A DNA stretch of 64,000 bases. It comes from Oculina patagonica. Its lineage: Eukaryota. The position numbers and the translations under genes were made by a program. Below are positions 32,901-47,900 of the stretch, piece after piece. Within the stretch, counting starts at the first letter, position 1; each line of letters begins with the position of its first letter. Where the stretch lies: NCBI RefSeq assembly GCF_052425735.1, contig NC_135765.1:19902001-19966000 (forward strand), read 5' to 3'. The notes beneath the pieces were generated by a model. The model did no database searches. It was not told the DNA's origin and worked only from the letters and a program-made list of their open reading frames with translations.

Positions 32901-35900
32901 AATGGTCTCGTTTAGGGTTACACACGAAGAAATATACAAATATAAATTCTATTCTTAGTTTTTTGGGTATCTTTTAGGGGTCAAGAAAAGCTTGAGCCAC
33001 ACCCAGATTGGTCTCTTTTAAGTTTTTTTTTTTTTTCAAAATTTCCGACGAGCATCCCTGTCCATTTCATATAGGAGTCCCCCCGCCCCGGGGTTAACAA
33101 AGGATCGACGTGCTGGTCATTTCTCAACCAAGAGTCACTAGTGTGGTTCTATGCGTGGACCATGATACTGTTGGTGGTGCATTGGTCGCGTATCAGTTGC
33201 ATATTGGGCAACTGTCGGTTGTGTATCATTGATCGATATATCAACCTTAATGTTGGGCTATAGATATGTATAACCCTTTATTGCTGACCTGTGCCTTTTC
33301 ATAGTCTTCTAGCACTTTAGTAGCTTTTTCCTCCAGTGTCTTAAACTCCTCCTGTAAATTATTTGGTAAAAAATAAAGTTCAGCTGCTGGTTAGGAAAGA
33401 GAAATTAACATACTGTATGCAAATGTACTCTTGCCTGAGCAAACAGGTCACATGAATGCAAACCACAGTGAGGGTTTCACAAGTTCTCCCAGATTCAATT
33501 GTGTTTGCTTTATAGGTAATAAGTAAATCTTTATTTGCATTATTTTATATATAAAAAACAAAACAAAACATTTTCGGTAATCTGGGTAGTGTAAGGATGA
33601 AAATCTCACACATTTGACTTTATAGGACAAGTATATCAAGTATATCAAAATAACTAGGACTCAAACAGCTCTTGAGCCACAACTGAATATTTTTTCACCA
33701 AGTTTTACATTAAGTTTCCATACCTTAAAAATAAATGAGCAGCAAAACATTTCTTTGATGCAATTAAAAAAGCAGAGGAAACATGCGTGACAATTGCAGA
33801 TAATTGGCGGTTTAATAGAACCCACAATGTCTATTACATTGATATAGGATGTATTTGTCAATTGGCGGTTCGAATAGAAGCACAATGTCTATTACATTGA
33901 TATAGGATGTATTTGTCTCGCATGACTGAGCATGTCGGATTAGCTAACTCGAGGTGTCAGGATGTGGCACGAGATGTTGTGATTTCAAATCCCAGAGGGG
34001 TCAGTTTTTTTCCCTTTTTTACCCCATAGCACTAATTAATAAACGGCACGCAAACGCATGCAGAGGCGATGACGTTTGCCAAGGGGGTCTTAAAAATTTT
34101 TCAGGAAATTAATTTGTCAAAAAATTAATGTCAATAAAAGTAGCTGACAACTTCAGTTAATGCAGTTTAGCATGGTAGAAAAAGGGACATGTAAACAGGG
34201 TATCAGTGCTATTTTTTTGGTGCAAGAACCAATTTTATCCGAGCCGTGCCACAAATTTTCTGCCGTGTAAATGGGCCTTCAATGTCCACTTTTTGGCAGT
34301 TGATTACTTTCTACATGTTATTGTCAGCCACATTATTTTTGTTTCTTTGCTTCTTGTTTTTCTTGTAAAGGCTGCTTTTATACAGCTGCCTTGCTACACC
34401 CTTTCTACTATTATATCTGCTGGTCAGCAGAGCTGCAAAAAATGTTTACAGATGATGGACTAACCAAACATGTGTGTGAAGCTGGGCTAGCCACTAATTA
34501 CAAACTTCCTGAATTAAAAATTCAGTCATAAAATAATGCAAGACGTTAAATAGCCAACCATCTAGGCACATGTACCCAGGAAGAGACCAGCTTGTGAGAG
34601 TTGTTGATGTTTGAGTTGGAGACAAGATTCTCAACCGACCAATTACAGTTTCCCGTGGAATCGCAGACCGATAAGGCCGGATATTTGAACAGTGACTTAA
34701 ATGATTTAACATCTTGTAAAGTTACTCTGGAAAGTTGCTTCTTTCTGCCAAATTTAATAACTTAATGCAATTTTTTAGCTTGATAAAGAAAGAGTTCTCT
34801 GTATCATCACAGGCAGATCACCCTATGTGTTCGTGGTTAATAATTGTTGACATAAGGTTATGTTGAAATCAATGGCGCATATAGAAGATATATAGAGAAA
34901 CATTACGTCGGCTTCGATTTACTACAAAATATAAAATTTACTCTAAATGATTTAATAAAAGTTAAGATGAAATGCTGAATGTGTCTTGTTTTTTTGCTGC
35001 CCCGAGCCCTTAAAGACGTTTATTTTGCGAGATCATTTAGCGACTGGTAAAAGAGAGAGAGAAGAGAGAACAAGGCAGGCAGCTTTACTGGCCAAATTAA
35101 GTTAAGAAAATTAAGACAGTTAAGAAAACAAAAAACAGGTAAGAAAATTAGGGCGTGCGTTTGATGTTTGACAGATGTGACAAATTTTCTTTTGTTATTC
35201 GCATGTTTCAAATTCCTTTGATCCAGAATTTTGCACTGATCATATGGAGAAAGCTACTTTTGAGACTTCGGGATCGCTTTTCTCGAAAAAATTGGAAGTG
35301 TTAAGCTCTAATTCGGCACAAGGACAGAGAAATATCTAGTCGATCAGATGCCGGTGTTTTTGAGGCGAGAATTTTGATGGTTTAGCGTCAGTTCCAGCTT
35401 GAATTAGACAAGGTCGCGACCGCCGGCGGTAAAGCTGCCTGCCTTGTTCTCTCTTCTCTCTCTTTTACCGGTCGCTAAATGATCTCGCAAAATAAACGTC
35501 TTAAAGGGCTCGGGGCGGCAAAAAAACACAACACAAGACACATTCAGCATTTCATCTTAACTTTTGTTGAATCATTTAGAGTAAATTTTATATTTTGTAG
35601 TAAATCGAAACCAACGTAATGTTTCTCTATATATCTTCACGGATAACCTTATGTCAACAATTATTAACCACGAACACATAGGATGGTCTGCTTGTGGTAT
35701 CATGATCTGAAATAGGACAACAAGCAAACTAAATTAATGCTAAATAATGCTTAAATATTGTGAATTGATAATACTTTGCCTAAATATCTCACCTCGAGCT
35801 TCTGGATATTGGCACTGTTTTCTTCAATTTCATTATGAAGTGATTTCACATTTTCTTCTGCTTTTTTTGTGTTCCTAAATGTTTGAAGGATTAGAACATT

Positions 35901-38900
35901 GGGTTAATATTTTGCACTCATCTTCATATTACAAAAGTGTTTTGCACTGTACCTGTGACACGTTTTGATAGCAACATTTGCTTTAGTGATATGTGCTACA
36001 ACATCATCCATGGCTTTAGTCAATACATCAACACGATCCTTACAATTAAAATAAAAGAAATACATTGAATTTAATCAATAACTATTTCTCATCCTACATG
36101 TATATACTAGTAGATATCAGCATTAACAATATCTCTATCAACAGACTTATGTCAAAATGAAAATTAATAAAGGAAGCATAAAGGAACTTAATAAGCAGGA
36201 GTTCTTGTTTATTTGTAAGGGATGGACTAGTTCCAATGCTGTGGGATACCACCTTTTATATTAAAACCCACATGTTTTTGAACTTTTAGGTTTTAATATT
36301 TCAGATTTTATTTGACGTGTAGGCAAAAGATGCAAAACTCAAACAGCCGGCCAAATAAACAGGCTAAAGACATTGACAAACATGGGCAACAAAGAGAACT
36401 GAGAAAAGGGGGGCTGGAAGCTTAGAGTAGCATTCATTCAAGTGGCTGTGCATGTCTGGTGTGTTTTATTGTTTCTGTTTATCATGTAGAATATTCTCGT
36501 TACTTTCTACTCTTGACGTCCTTCCTTGAAGCCAAAAAAGTTTTTATGTTATCGTTGGAAAACCCTGAAAAGGAGACCATGATCAATTACAGGTGTATTG
36601 GCCTGTTTAAGCACCGATTTTGCACCAAAAACGGATCATGTTTTTTTATTAGCTCTGTCAGAATGCAACCAATATTCACAATGAACAGTTCTGTGGAAAG
36701 GTCAATCCTAGCTGTATCAGCTGCTTATCACAATAAACGGCATGCAGTGCATGCAGAGGCGATGACATTTAAATAAATATCTTTAATATTTTTATAAAAT
36801 TTGTTAAAAAAATAACGTACACTAAATAACATGACAACTTCTGTATTGAATGACTGTTCATCAAAATCGAAACAAAAGTTGTGTTATCTCTTTGCGTGAC
36901 ATCTCGTATAAGCCTGAAATATGATAAATCTCTTGAAGGACCGAAGTCAAACGCGGCCTCGTAATTGTTTTAAACAGAAAAAATTGCAGAAGAAGTCTGT
37001 TTACTGAATCTGATAGAACTTGCCAAATATAATTTGACTCTTTCGTTTATATTTTGTATAAGTCCTTTCTAACTTTCAAGGAGTATTTTGCTTTGTGTTC
37101 TTTACGGTGATTTCTTGTCCTAAACTTTTCGTTACTCGAAAGGACTATGGGGATGAGAATGCAGATACCGTATTTATTCGATTAAGCGCCCAACCTCAAA
37201 TACGCGCCCTCCTCGAATAAGCGCTCACCCTAAAGGTAGGAAAAGTTAATAAGAGCCCAGCCTCGAATAAGCGCCCACCTCCCACCCCACAAAAAACTGA
37301 AGTTCACAAGAGGAGCATTGATTATTGAAAATGACTAAGTACTACTAAGAAGACTTCCCCCATGACCGAGGTTTCTTGGTATTTTACAAAAACGTTCAAT
37401 GTGAACAGCTAAAATTCTGCTTTGGTACATCTTTACCTTTTGCTATTATTTATTGTTTTGTTACAAAAATAAACTTACTATTCGCTGAAAATCGCGAAAA
37501 TTTAATAAGCACCCAGCCGAAAGGGCCCCCTCAAATAAGCGCCCACTCTCAATGTCCAAAAATTAAATAAGCGCCCAGGGCGCTTAATTGAATAAATACG
37601 GTATACGTGTCGCATGTGTTTAGTTACCAATCCTCAACCTCAAAAACTCGTCGCTGAGAAGAACCTGGGGACGAGGATAATTCTCACACCAAACTAGGGC
37701 CACAGCATAAGGCGATTTGTCATCGCCTAAAAATGCACTGACAGGCAAACTGATGACGTCACAAGTGGTTAAATGACCATGCCTCCAAATAGCACCTAAA
37801 TGCACCTTTGGGAGGAAAGGGAGTATCGTAACCTGTAACACATGTTCATTCAATGTTACGGGTAAAGATGACGATTGATGATACATATTGCACAAGTATA
37901 CAGAGCGAAATTTTACACCTGTTAACGTCAATGTAATGGCTGCTAAAAAATTAATGACAGCCCAGATGAGTATCTGCATACACTAGATTTCCATATACTA
38001 TATGTCATGTCAATTGTTCTAGACAAACAGGCCAAATTATACAAGAAACCTTTAAATAGGGTTCTATTTTAATATCAATGTTTGATTAGCCACAGGTATG
38101 AAGAATTTATGTCAATGCTGTAATAAACTATATCGCAATGAAGGTTTAAGGGACCCAAAGACAAGCTGGAAATATTCATTCTGTTTTTGCACCATATTGA
38201 AGGTCTTGTTTTTTTTTACTCTATTTGTTAAGCTAGACTTACCTGCTGTGTCTTTAGCTTAGCACCACCTATCTCCATTATTTGCTTGTGAAGTCTAAGA
38301 AAATACAAATATATCAATAGTAAAAACTATGCAAGCTATTAGTTATTAAAGAAACTGTTATAACCACATCAGTAGGCAAGTGAAATGTTTACTTACCAGT
38401 AAGTATTACTAAAAGTCAGTGAAAGGCAAATGTTTTTGTCACTTTGGTGACCTTCATTGGTTAAAATGGGCATTGGAACCGATGAAGATCACCAAAGTGA
38501 CATACACACATACATACATACATAGACTTATTTCCTCGATTAGAGAGCAAAATAATATATAATAATATTGAGCAATATCTTCGAGAAAACTTTTTGCATT
38601 TAAATTTTTTTATCAGCATCAACTCAATTTAGTAGTCAATTACATCATGCCTGATTATGACCACAGTTTATTTACTCAACCATGTAACACCTTACTTTTA
38701 TTGAAAATTATTTGGATATATCATAAAGAGTTGTGATTTCTTTAAGTTTATGTAACAAAAAAGGAGGTCACCATGCCTGTTTAATAGAAAACAACCATTT
38801 ATTTTCCTGCCAAGCTTTTCCTGAAGGAAACCCCGTAATGTTTTGTGCACCCGCTAAATGATGCAAAAAATTATGCACAGCAAGAATATATACGCAATCA

Positions 38901-41900
38901 CCTTAATCTATGATGCTGTAACTTAGTAGCTGTTCGTTCATACCTCATTTTGACATGTCAACTGCATGTCCATAGATTTTGACATTGCCATAGCATCCAC
39001 ATAATTACTTGCAGGTTGGGCCAAACTTCGACTGTTTTGCCATGTATATTTTTCACTTTTTTATCACATGCCATTAGCATTTGGGCTTGATTTTGTATTA
39101 ATTTCTGCCATTATCTGACTTGCTAATCCAAGATTGCAGATCTAATGACATTTTAACTCCTACCCTACTATGACAACATAAACAACAAAAATAGTGCCAT
39201 GTTGGTAGTTAGTTTATGTTCATGTACGCTAGAGAATTAGAGAAGGTAATAAAGTTGTTATCATAATCATCATTATTATAGTAGAGCAAGCTAAGGCCTT
39301 CTACTAAGTGTACATTAATTTTGCTGTGAATCTTTAAGTGCCTATGATGTAAAAATACTTATTATAGGAATACATGAACCAACCAATAATTTTAACAACG
39401 CGAACAAAATTTACGCGTAAGTTCTGGTTAGATGCTTATAGTAAACATGTTTACATAAAAAAAATTAACACAATTTTTTGAAATTGGCGTTAATAACATG
39501 TATCGTTAACTTCCTATGATAAGGTAAGTGCTGCTTATTTGAAAGGCTTTTCAAAATAAAAAGAAATGGCATTTTCCTTTTTTGAGATATTAAACAAGGA
39601 ATGTGATAACGTCATAAATCGTTCTACTTCAAGATACATCACAAAATCAAGGATGTCTCCACAGGGAAAACAGGTAAAAGATGACAGCACGCTCACGGCA
39701 CACTTCCACTTCATAACAAAAGAAATTGGTTTTAGCAGGCTTAAAGCATGTTCAAGAACAAACTTCATTTGGAAACCCCCTTTGTTTCGCTTTAACAATA
39801 AGGTGTGCACATACGAAAAATGAAGTCAAACAAAGAAGCGTGTTAAGGTTCGAAAACAAAAGCTAGCGTGCGACAACACACCAGTGCGTAAAATATCACA
39901 ACACGCTTAGCGTGCAAGACAGCACAACAGGCTAAGCGTGTGAGGGCACACTTTAACTGGCATGCTAAAGAATTTTTCAATCACCATCACGGTTAACAGC
40001 TTTCCGAATTTCATTGTAGATTGACCTTGCTTAATGTGTCATGATAAGCACGCTAATCTAAACAAAAGGTTTAGCTTGTTAGAATAACTGAAACAAAAGC
40101 CTATGTGTCCATCTTTGTCGTACAAATAAAATATGCGCATAAAGTGTGTCTTAGGACACACTAAGCGTGCTATGTTAGCGTGTTGTGAGCGTGCTATCAC
40201 CTTTTACCCTGTTTTCCCGTGGAGGGTCACATACAGGAGTGATATTTTTTAAACTTGACATCAGCAGTGACCTTTGTCAAAGATGCAGGTTGGCTCACGA
40301 AATTCAAAAGTGGGAACGTCATTTGTTATTAAAATAGGTGTCATAGCAAAACTGTTACCAAGGCAATGGCACAACAGGTGTCAATTACAGTCTTTTGTGT
40401 TGGACAGTACTAATGCCAAGTTTGAAGAACACTGCTTCAATATCTTTAAAGGTATTCTTGATTCAGTGCTTTACCTTTTAGTAGAACGATTTAAATGACA
40501 TCATCATATGCATAATACAAAAATCTTAATGTCTCTAAAATGAAAGACGATATTTTAAAATGGATAATGCCATTCTTCTTTATTTTGGAGAGCCTTTTAA
40601 ATAAGCAGCAACTATTTATTTAATTTCATAGGCACTTTCATTTCATTTAAGGTCTCCTGGGCAGGTTTAGTAAGTTTATAACAAACAACTTGCTTGACTT
40701 AGACAACAGTGTTATTAAACTTACTTCTGAACTTCTGTTTCAATTTTGGTTGATGCTGCAACTGCTGCCTGCCATTCTGTAAAGGGATAAGGAACAACTT
40801 TAGCACCTAAGGTACATGGCCTACTAATGAACGTAGTACCTCTGCCCTTCAAGAGCCTAATGTAAATCATTCCATGAATGTTCCAATGCAGTAATTTCTA
40901 CTTGTACTCAAGGGTTTTTTGTGCTTTTATCATCGTCCAAAAAAAGAAAAGATGTAAAATAGACGGCTGAAGAAGATAAACATGCAAAAAAAGTAATAGG
41001 GTGTCCTTGTTAACTACCAATAAATCAGTTATTGCTACGGAAGGTTTTTAACTGTCATTCTTTGGAAACCAAATTAAGACGTTGTCACGGCCATATTTTA
41101 GAAGTCATGTGACCAGAACAGAGAAAAAAGCATATACTGTATTGGAAAATTAAAACCAGTGCCAGTAGATAAAGAACATCCACATGCTTAATATGATGTA
41201 CTTTTTGGGGGTGAAAATTGCATTATTACAAAAGTTATGACCAAAGAAAGAGACTATGTTAAATCTCAGATTCCTAAAACCATTATAAGTTTTTATAAAA
41301 AAAAAAAAAAAAAAAAAAAGGGCGCAAACCAACAAAGAAAGGAAAAAGAAAAAGAAAAAGAAAAAAAAAAGTTATGATCTAAGAAACAGCCATATTATAT
41401 TTTACAGACTTGGTTCAATATGCTCTTTGCAGCTAGGGTCACATGACCAAATTTCTACAAAAATTGTATATTATGGGTTATCACTTAAAGAATGCCAAAA
41501 AAAGGCGAAAAAAGGAAATATTGGCCAAGTTTAAGGCCCTTAGCATTAAAGGATGAGATTTTATGAAAAAAAATTATAATGATTAAATTTTATGGAAAAT
41601 GTTGCAAGAGGGCAAGACCTTGGGCAAAATCTCACCCTTTGATGCAAGGGGCCTCAAACTTGGCCATTTTTCTATTTTCCTTATGCTCTTTACATTTCTG
41701 GCATTTTTTAAGTGATGGCCCACAATTTTATGAAACTTAGTCATGTGATGGCCTAGCTGCAAGTATTGGCAGAGTATCGACAAAGAGTCAGACTGAGTGT
41801 AGTAAGAGTGATCTACATGTACATGTATCAGATCCCAGAGTAAAGATGTTAGGACTATAGTGCGTCATTTCAATTCAAACTGCAATTTAACCCAAGATAA

Positions 41901-44900
41901 ATTCTTATTAAAACTTATTTATTTCTTGCCTTTTTCGTGAGTTTTAACCAAGTCTTCAAGTTGCTTGAGCCTGGCCTTATCAGGAGTACTCTCCTTGACT
42001 TGTTTTTCTAAATGCACTACTTGCTGCTTTAATGTCTCCTCTTGTTCATCCAGAGCCTAACAGCAAAAAGATTATAAGTACTTACAACACAGTCATACAT
42101 GTTGCATTCATTATATTCATCTGAATAAAGGTAAAATTATCTCTCTCATGAAATAAAAATATTAAAATGCTTCAGGGCTTTAAACAATGGCCGAAATTAT
42201 AATAGAGGCAAGATTGCCCATCTAGATGTAGGGGTGTAACCATACATCAAACTATCGATGTATCGCGATTGGGAGTGCTCCGATAGTGATGCATCAATGG
42301 CAAATTCAACTATCGATAACAATCGCGATAGTTTCAGGCCAAACAGTCCAGTACTGTAATCATTTCCACTTCTTTCTTGTGATTGCTTTGGAAAAAAACA
42401 GTTGCTTTGTACCGGATGCCATTTTGAAACAGGCATCCCAGGAAACCTTGCGAAAATATAAAAACCAGTTCCTCTCATGTGGAAACTTTGTCAAACATAG
42501 GCACGCTAAGCGTGCAGGAGTTATTTTTTCAATTTATGGGGTGGCTTGGGGTGAAACTGGGTGATTGTCCTGTTGGGATGGTTTATGTCATGGGTTGAGC
42601 TACCGTAGTTATTCGGTTATAAGGCGCACTCGGTTATAAGACGCACCCCAAACTTGGCAACATTGTTATGCCAAGTTTACAAACTGAAAATTCTCCAAAC
42701 ACACTCGGTTATAAGACGCACCATGAGTTGGAGAGTTAAACAGATGTAGTGATCAATCTAAGGACAGTTTTTTCTTACAAAATTTGAATGTTTGAATGTT
42801 GTTCATACTCCTTGGCACAATCTTCGAGTAAAGAGGTAACATTTCCTGCTAAAAAAGACGTAAATCCACTTGAGCAAAACATCTTTCCTTCGTTCATGCT
42901 TTGAACTTAGCTGCTTAGCAACCTGGCAGATGTGTTGTTACCAGTGACCACTGAGTTTGTAGCTTTGTTACCAAGTTATCAAGCATGCTTCGTATCGCTA
43001 CGAACTTTGTTTATCGAGTGTTTTTCAAAGATTCTCAAGCTTTTTTGGTGTTTTCCTTGTCTTCTAAAGTCATTTTCCACTTTCCACGCTTAGAAAGGTT
43101 TGTTTCAAATGAGTATGCTTGATTTTCTTTGTCTAATTTCAACAAAATGCTGGCATATACAGGTGTTACTAAAACTCGTTTTATATACGCGATAATAAAC
43201 TTTGCGTTTAAACTTAATGTTTCTTATATCTTTAATACTGTAAAAGTCAATAACCAACATTTAGTGTTTTCATTTCTCTTGTTTTAACTGTAAGTTCCAG
43301 TAAAATGGCGGTCATAAGATTTTGTTGGGCGAAAATACTCGGCTATAAGACGCACCCCAATTATGGCATGAACTTCCCACAGAAAAACAGATTTTTCTCG
43401 AAAAAACCGTGCGCCTTATAACCGAATAACTACGAGTATTTGTGAATGGCGGCCCACAGAGTCACTTTTTTGCACAAAATTTGCTTGCAAACAAAATAAT
43501 TTTTACGTGCATTTTGATACATCAGTCAGAACTGTTTTATTCAATACGTAAATTTCATCATTTAAGTGAAAAACAAGAACTAATTTAATTATCAAAACGG
43601 CACGAAATGGCACGTTCTTATTCTGTTTAAAGCGGTTATTTTGTTGCTAGCTTTGTAGCAACCATAACATGAAACTTTTTTTTTTTTTTTTTTTTTTTTT
43701 AATAGTTTATTGCAAACAAAAAAAGAAAAAAAAAAAAAAAACAGCTACATACATGTACAATGTGTCTGAGCTTTAAAAACAATACGGTACTTATTTACAG
43801 TGCTTGCTTATGTTAATTCTTTATCAGCTAAAATTCCTGTCCTTTCAAACATTACATTATTTACAGATGCAAAAGCTATACATTTAAGGAGAATAAGTAG
43901 ACAAAACAGAAAAAGCGAGGTAAACAAAAAAACTTCGTGACGAGTACAAAGACTAATTACGGACAAAAGGAAGCAGAAAGATAATAATAAAATAAAATAA
44001 ATAGATAAAATAAAGTGCCTTACAAAATTTCACCTAAAAAAAAGCCTTAGAGTTGAATTTGAGACTTTGAGCTGCTTTTTTCGATAGATATTTTATCTTT
44101 TAGAAGGGCTAGAAAGGTTTTGAAGTGGTAGTGTTGTTCATCTCTCGAGGCAGTGTAGATATAATATTTAGCAATGAGTACACAGAGGTTTAAGCCAAGT
44201 CGTAAAGGAAAGTTAGTTGTAAAACCATAGATAATGTTTTTCTCGTGTAGCTCAATGGAATCGTCATTTTTGACGTTCCACCACGTAGCAAACGTATTCC
44301 AGAAAGTCTGTACATTCGGACAAGATACAAAAAGATGTCTCAGGGTTTGCGTTTGCGTGCATAGGTGGCATTTATCATGGTCCTTGATTTTATCTCTGTA
44401 AAGGGTTGAATTGGTTGGTAAAATATGGTGAATAATTTTGAATTGGAAGATAGCAAGTCGAGTGTCTTTTGTTACTTTAAAAGGAATATCGTAGATAGCG
44501 CGTATTGTGCTATCGTCCAGACTCAATTGCCTCAATCTTCTTTCTGCGGTCGGGGTTTCAAACTTTTTGTTTATGAGAATTTTGGTAGCCACTTTGCATG
44601 ACAATTTACCGATATCTATTTTCTGGTTATGATCTGATTTGCGCTGCGCTTCGTCAGCAGAGCTTTTAAGTGAACGGATCCAGCTAGCGGGTATGGCATT
44701 ACATAAGCCACAGTACTTGAGAAATGTTGTTTTGATTTGGAATTTAGTGTAAAAATCATTAAATGTTAAGAAGTTGTTTCCACAGAAAATATCTTTGATT
44801 CGGACGACCCCCGATTTGTGCCATTTTCTATAATACACGGAGAAGCCTTCAATTTTGATAAAAGAGTTGTTCCATATGATTTCATTAAGTATTTGTTCTT

Positions 44901-47900
44901 TTGTTTCTGGAGAGTGTTGGTTAATAGTCTGCCAGATGTAAAGGACGTCTTTATAAAAGTCAATTGGAATATCTATTTTAAGCGATTTTAGGTCATAGTT
45001 GCATTCAAATAGAAAAGGTCCTCCTAAGTGCTTTATAAACGATAACGGTATGTGACTCCAGCATGCGTTATTTTTACTTTCATGTAATCTTCGTATCCAG
45101 GAGACTTTCAATGCTTTGTTTATGGTGTCAAAGTCCGGTAAATCTAAACCACCTTTTGTCTTTGGTCCTATCATTGTCGTGTGCTTGATTTTAGCAGGTT
45201 TACTGTTCCAAACAAAATCGGAAATGGTTTGCTTTACTAAGGCTGGGAAGTTTGGCGGAAAAGACAGCATTGATGTGTTATAGATGAGTTTGGATAGTCC
45301 GAGGGTTTTGAGTATAGTTATTCGGCCATACAAAGTGAGGTTTCTTGGAAGCCATATGTTGAGTATGCTTTTCATTGAACCTAATTTTTGTTCAAAGTTT
45401 TTCTTGTAAGAGACTTCCTCGTTGTAGGTAAAGTCAATTCCAAGGGAATTTATCGGTTTTGAAGGCCAAGCAATATCTAAGGGAGCTTCAGAGTTATGTC
45501 TGAGAGCACCTAGCCACATTCCTTCGGTTTTAGTTTTGTTTACCTCTAGTCCTGAAGAACGCTGAAAGGCGTTCAGTATCTCAAACATGAAACTTTTGTT
45601 TGTTACAGAATACTTTTGGCATTTTGCCAAACACTGTAACATGATACTGTTGTTTTTCCTCACTTTTGTAACATGATACCTTTGTTTTTTGAAAACGAAT
45701 GAACATGATACTTTTGTTTTTCTTGAAAAAGCCATGTCTCCATTTAACCCGCTCAATAGTCATTGAACGAAAAGTACTGTAATAACCAAAGTAATAAACA
45801 AATAAAATCTAAAACCACTCTATTTCGGGAAAGTTCTTTAAAGCTCAGTACACCTGGAGTATTTGTTACCTGTCAGAACTGTTCAACAAAAATTTTGGTT
45901 CACTCAAACGTAAATTTTATTCAACAAACAAGAACTAATTGAGTTATCAAATGGTCACGGAATGGCACGCTCTTATTTTGTTTTTGCTATCGATTGTAGT
46001 TGCTTTTAACAGCAAAGTTAATACTTATACCGGTTCATTAAATGTTTGAACAAGATGTTTTAAAGGTATAAACACAAACGACACTTCTGAATTGGTAAAT
46101 TGAGCAAGACGCTCAAGAGACTAATTAAATTAATTGCAGTTTTATTTAATGCCACGGAGTCTCCAGTAATATAAATTAATTAAATTAGGAATCTATAGAA
46201 GATTCCTTTCCATTTCTTCGACTCTTTGTAAGTGATAAAATCATACCCACAGTATTAACAACATAATGACAACATTAATCTTTAAATCTGCTGTGTGCAA
46301 ATGCTTTATGTAATTTTTTACCACGGTCAGGAAAGCCAGCCTCTTCAAAACGAACACTCGAATAAGACGAATAACAAGTTTGTGTTGGGCCTTTTGCTGA
46401 TGGCGTGTGCATTGTAAGCAGAGTGAGTGTTACGGGAAACATGTTTTTAATCCAGGGTTAATTCACAACTCACCATCCACCTCCTACAAATCTAAAATCT
46501 CGACGAAACGCCACTACAACTGTGTCAGATTGCTTCCCCATAAACACATGTGTGAAGAAAAATCTGATTGGTGTGACAAACAAACAAAAGACTGAGCCAC
46601 TGACTGACTACAGGCCCATCACGCCGAAAGAGATGAAAAATACCATCGTCTCAGATAGAGATGGACAGCAGCGCCAGAGCTTTCTCAAGACATGCTACAG
46701 ACACTAACCGGTGTTTGTCTCTGACTAATTTCTAGTATGTGTTTTAATGGTTTTTATTCACCCTTTGAGCTTCAGATTTTTTAAAAATTTTTAGTTATCA
46801 ATTATTGATTGTTATATACAGTGTCAATGATCATTAAGTTAATTGGAGTTCTGTACAGAAAGGGAAATATCAATTACCAGAATTCACTCCTAGCTGTCCC
46901 ATTACTTATGGGTATATAGCAAGTACAACAGAAATTTTAAATTTTACAATCTAGATTTCACGGACTACAAAACAATGCAAGAACCTTGATCTCCATGTTA
47001 TTTTTCTGTAACTGGAGCTCTGCAGTTGACAGTTCCTTTTTTAGGTCATCCACTATCTCTTCAAGTCTCTTTTTTGATTCTCTATGTTCCTGTGGTAACA
47101 ATAACAAACTTTGTTTCACCACGAATTTAAAGTAGCAAGATTGCTAATATCTTCAATAAAATAAATAAATAAACAAAAAAAGATGAGAATGGAATAATAA
47201 CAAATTATAATATGTACAATTACATAATTAATAACAACTATTTACAGAAGGGACAGCAGTCAGTGTCAAATTCTAAATTACGAATTGTTGATTTGAAAGC
47301 TTCAACTATGGGCAGTGACCTGGTGGTATTGGGGAGGGAGTTCCATAGAAGATTTATACTGTGGGTTTTATAACTTAACATTCTATTCTGGGGCCAGCCC
47401 ATTAAGAGACTTACAGTAGACTCCACAGGGAAATTGAAAAAGGTTCAAGTTATTGGGAGTTTTAGTTATTGGAAGTTGAGAACAAATGACTGGAAACAAG
47501 GAAGAAAACAGTCTTTACTGTTTTTCTATTTATGCAGACACTGTACATTTCAATGAAATTTATATATGTTATTTGCCGGTCGGAGGCCCATATAGGAAAA
47601 AAACTGTAAAAAAACACGAGGCCGAACGCCCAGGGCCGTGCTCAAGACCAAGGGTACAGTTTTTCCCCATACGAACCAACCTTGGCCAGCAAATAACGTT
47701 TTTATTTTTTTCCTACTTTATTTTGTGTGGTAAAGAAACCTAGAAATAATGTGTCGCAAACTCTTTGTTTGTATACGCGCGCACTCAACTTCAATGTTGA
47801 GTCGATCGATTGGTTAGCAAGAGTGAGGAATGCTGTTTGCTATTTAAATCCGAATAAAATAACCTCACTAAAATTGAAAAGTACGTGCTCCAAAAAGGTT

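Noticed and set aside
33935-34025. tRNA or tRNA-derived SINE
   Set aside because: Only vague A/B-box similarity and no cloverleaf.
45584-45756. N-terminus of the 569-aa ORF as part of a real gene
   Set aside because: It lies outside the TSD-bounded LINE; chance open frame in host repeat sequence.
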